Program-made: the position numbers and the translations under genes | Part shown: piece after piece, positions 61,601-64,000 of the stretch | Layout: every line of letters begins with the position of its first letter | Numbering within the stretch: the stretch's first letter is position 1 | Source of the DNA: Macrostomum lignano | Lineage: Eukaryota | Direction: 5' to 3' | Length of the DNA: 64,000 nt | Assembly (NCBI GenBank): GCA_002269645.1 | Contig: NIVC01000413.1 | Location: 62,001-126,000 of the forward strand | Notes under the pieces: model-generated | Database searches by the model: none | What the model saw: the letters and a program-made list of their open reading frames with translations, nothing else | Told to the model about the DNA's origin: nothing

Positions 61601-62622
61601 TAGGGTTGGAGCTGCACAGAGCTGCGTGTTGAAAAGGTCCGATAAAAAATGAGATAATTGAATCAAAAGATTGCGCAATTTACGCTCGTATTTCTAAGTC
61701 AGTCAGTATCAGTCTCAGTTAAAGTTAACAAAAATATTGCGCAATCTAAATCAACCCTCCATCCAATACACAGCGACCGACCCCCTTCCAATACGCAGTG
61801 GCAATTAGAAATTGAACCCCCCCCAACTGTTGGGGGTCAGTCGAACACCATTGAACTCCTAAAATGAGTACAATCTTTGCAATAAGTTAAAAGTATGGAA
61901 ATAGTTTTTCCAATGCAGAGCATTTAGTTTTCATATTTAAAGCAAACAATTTATATCCCCGAACTCAGCGTTGCAAGTTCTTTCCAGCAATATAAGTCTC
62001 TCCTCTCAAAGTTAAAAACTCCAGCAACAGTCTGAGTTTGAAATTTGCCGATTTATAGCATTGCAATATTGAGTGTACGTTCATACGTTCACTGCCTGCT
62101 AAAGAGGCCCGCAAGTTTATTCATTGAATTTCACTGTCTAACCAATGCACAGGGCAGTCAATTGAAAGGCGCTGATAATAAAACCAATTGAATCTCAGCA
62201 CAATAGCCATATAATTGCGCTTACTTACCCACCACCCACGAAATACACACAGTTCAATTTTTCAGCCGGGGTCCGCTTGTACACACGCTGCCACTGAGAA
62301 CGCGACCAACCCCCACTGGCGAGAAAATACACTACAGAGATAGGAGAAAGTTGTGGCGCAATCGCTCAAAATCATGCAAATTTTCGGCTCCGAGCAGAAA
62401 AAGTGTCCAGAGAAGGTTAGAAAATCAGTTTTCTGCTTTTTTAGGGATCTTAAAATGTGAAAATAAAAAATTGAAATAGCCCACTGCAGTCCCCGGAAAA
62501 TTTGCAGTTTCCCCATATAAGTTTCAACGCTGACTTGCAAGTATTCTAGGAGGAGTTATGCAACACACAAACAAACAGACAAACAAACAAACAATCATCG
62601 CACCAACTTTAGTATTAGGAGA
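52698..62622 (-). mobile_element. Tandem array of seven non-autonomous Helitron family B units: 52698-54598, 54615-55832, 55833-57033, 57034-58236, 58564-59852, 59853-61338, 61339-62622
   Basis: Each unit on the minus strand: 5' TC(TC)CTAATACTAAA ... hairpin CTCCTCC-ATC-GGAGGAG ... TTGGCCTCG 3'; junctions CTCG|TC; each carries 2-3 TTAGGG units plus a degenerate unit and GAAATCCTCTCCGTGAAACTG repeats. Confidence 0.8.
58237..58563 (-). repeat. Five tandem copies (65/66 bp) of the Helitron B 5' terminus
   Basis: Unit ATGCAAGTCGTCTAGGAGGAGATATGTATCACACAGACAAACAACGCACCAGTTTTAGTATTAAG starting near 58236, 58302, 58367, 58433 and 58498. Confidence 0.92.
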
Positions 62623-62825
62623 GAAGGTTGCAGGCGTAAACAACTTGCTAATTGGTTCAGCAATAATGTACATTAGCCAGTCCACTGAAATGTACATGGC
62701 AGCTTGAGACTGGAATTCCGAGAAAGCCAATAAAAATTGGGGCGGGCGGTAGGGGGGGGGGGTAATGTGGAAAGGCGCGGTTGGAGGGTTTAAGCTGGGG
62801 GGAGGGGTAAGAGCCTCGCATACAT

Positions 62826-62963
62826 GCGCAACCTTGGGAATCACCCGGCCGTTTCTATTGGCAACACACACATGTAAGTCGCTATTGGCTGAGAGCAGTC
62901 ACGTGACTACTATTCCGTATATTGTTGCCAATAGAAACGGCCGGGTGAATCCCTAGGTTGCGC
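62826..62963. other. Near-perfect inverted repeat (41-bp arms, 2 mismatches, 56-bp loop) rich in promoter-like motifs
   Basis: 62826-62866 versus 62923-62963; the loop holds GTCACGTGAC (62898-62907) and ATTGG; both arms contain GTTTCTATTGGCAAC. Confidence 0.8.
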
Positions 62964-63589
62964 CCAAGCATGGTAAGAGCCTACGAGTAATACACGAGCC
63001 TCGGCTTTAAAGTACATTAAAATGCTTCTGTTTAACTACTGAACTGAAAGTAGCTTACACGCAAATGTGCTGAGTGGCTCATCTAGTATCTGTGGTTTCG
63101 TCTCAATTCTTGATTAAAAATTATTATCTTTTTTCTCTCAAGTTTATGTTCAATTCGGATTTAAATTCAGGTTCACAGGCCGGATCTCCTTGCTCATTCA
63201 CAGCCAAGCGCGAGAATGAAAATTCGTGACAAAGGGAAAAACCAGCGAGTCGTATACCTCGATAAGGAGAGAAGCGAAAGAATGAGTGCTCCAGATATGG
63301 AAGCGAAGAGTTTACGGTCCTCTGGATATGATAAATGGGAGATTTTTTCACGCAGCACTGACTGACGAGACTGGTGGGATTGAAGTGTCTCACGGGAGAA
63401 GTTTTATGCGACCTCCCTGCAGAGCTCAGAACTAACTGAGGAGCAGCGGGCCTCGGTATAGGGATAATATTCCCATGTCAAGTCACTCTCTGCTAATCAA
63501 TCAGTGACAGCGGCTTCTTGGATCCCTGGAATCCCAGATTCCCAATGTTCCCCAGATCGCCAGCTTTCCCCTGCTTCCCATAATCTCCA

Positions 63590-64000
63590 GATCCTTCATA
63601 CTCATGCTCTCAGGATTCCCCACATTCCTCATGATCTCAGGATTCCCCACATTCCTCATGCTCTCAGGATTCCCCACATTCCTCATGATCTCAGGATTCC
63701 CCACATTCCTCATGCTCTCAGGATTCCCCACATTCCTCATGCTCTCAGGATTCCCCACATTCCTCATGATCTCAGGATTCCCCACATTCTTCATGCTCTC
63801 AGGATTCCACACATTCCTCATGATCTCAGGATTCCCCACATTCTTCATGCTCTCAGGATTCCCCACATTCCTCATGATCTCAGGATTCCCCACATTCTTC
63901 ATGCTCTCAGGATTCCCCACATTCCTCATGATCTCAGGATTCCCCACATTCCTCATGATCTCAGGATTCCCCACATTCTTCATGCTCTCAGGATTCCCCA
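63590..64000 (+). repeat. 27-bp minisatellite (TCAGGATTCCCCACATTCCTCATG(A/C)TC)n running off the window end
   Basis: Direct reading; gives the 9-aa MRNVGNPE(I/S) repeat ORF on the minus strand. Confidence 0.93.

Noticed and set aside
22084-62622. Autonomous Helitron (Rep/helicase) coding sequence
   Set aside because: No HUH Rep or PIF1 helicase motifs found in any unit; the interiors are satellite and non-coding

Overview
Eukaryotic (invertebrate animal) genomic DNA, not prokaryotic: it has GT-AG introns, an intronless rhodopsin-family GPCR and TTAGGG repeats. A spiralian such as a flatworm is plausible, but that is a guess. Genes: an intronless IER2/IER5-like gene (2591-3127, -), two tandem four-exon stomatin/SPFH paralogues (10146-13620 and 15348-20274, +) each preceded by the same 14-bp RFX X-box, and a neuropeptide-type GPCR with altered activation motifs (27850-29178, -). 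More than half of the window is repeat-derived. Two TIR elements sit in AAA|TTT sites with no target-site duplication (Spy-like); the larger (3827-6048) carries a decayed transposase C-terminus/SWIM region followed by a decayed ubiquitin-specific protease (USP/peptidase C19)-like domain. There are also tRNA-headed SINE copies, MITE-like foldbacks and several micro/minisatellites. One solo Helitron (22084-26849) and a ~28-kb head-to-tail array of two non-autonomous Helitron families (about 34735-62622, all minus strand) carry 17/18-, 23- and 24-bp satellites, a tRNA-like B-box module and short telomeric repeats. Most long ORFs in the supplied track are artefacts of these repeats. All family assignments come from motif recognition by eye; no database searches were run.
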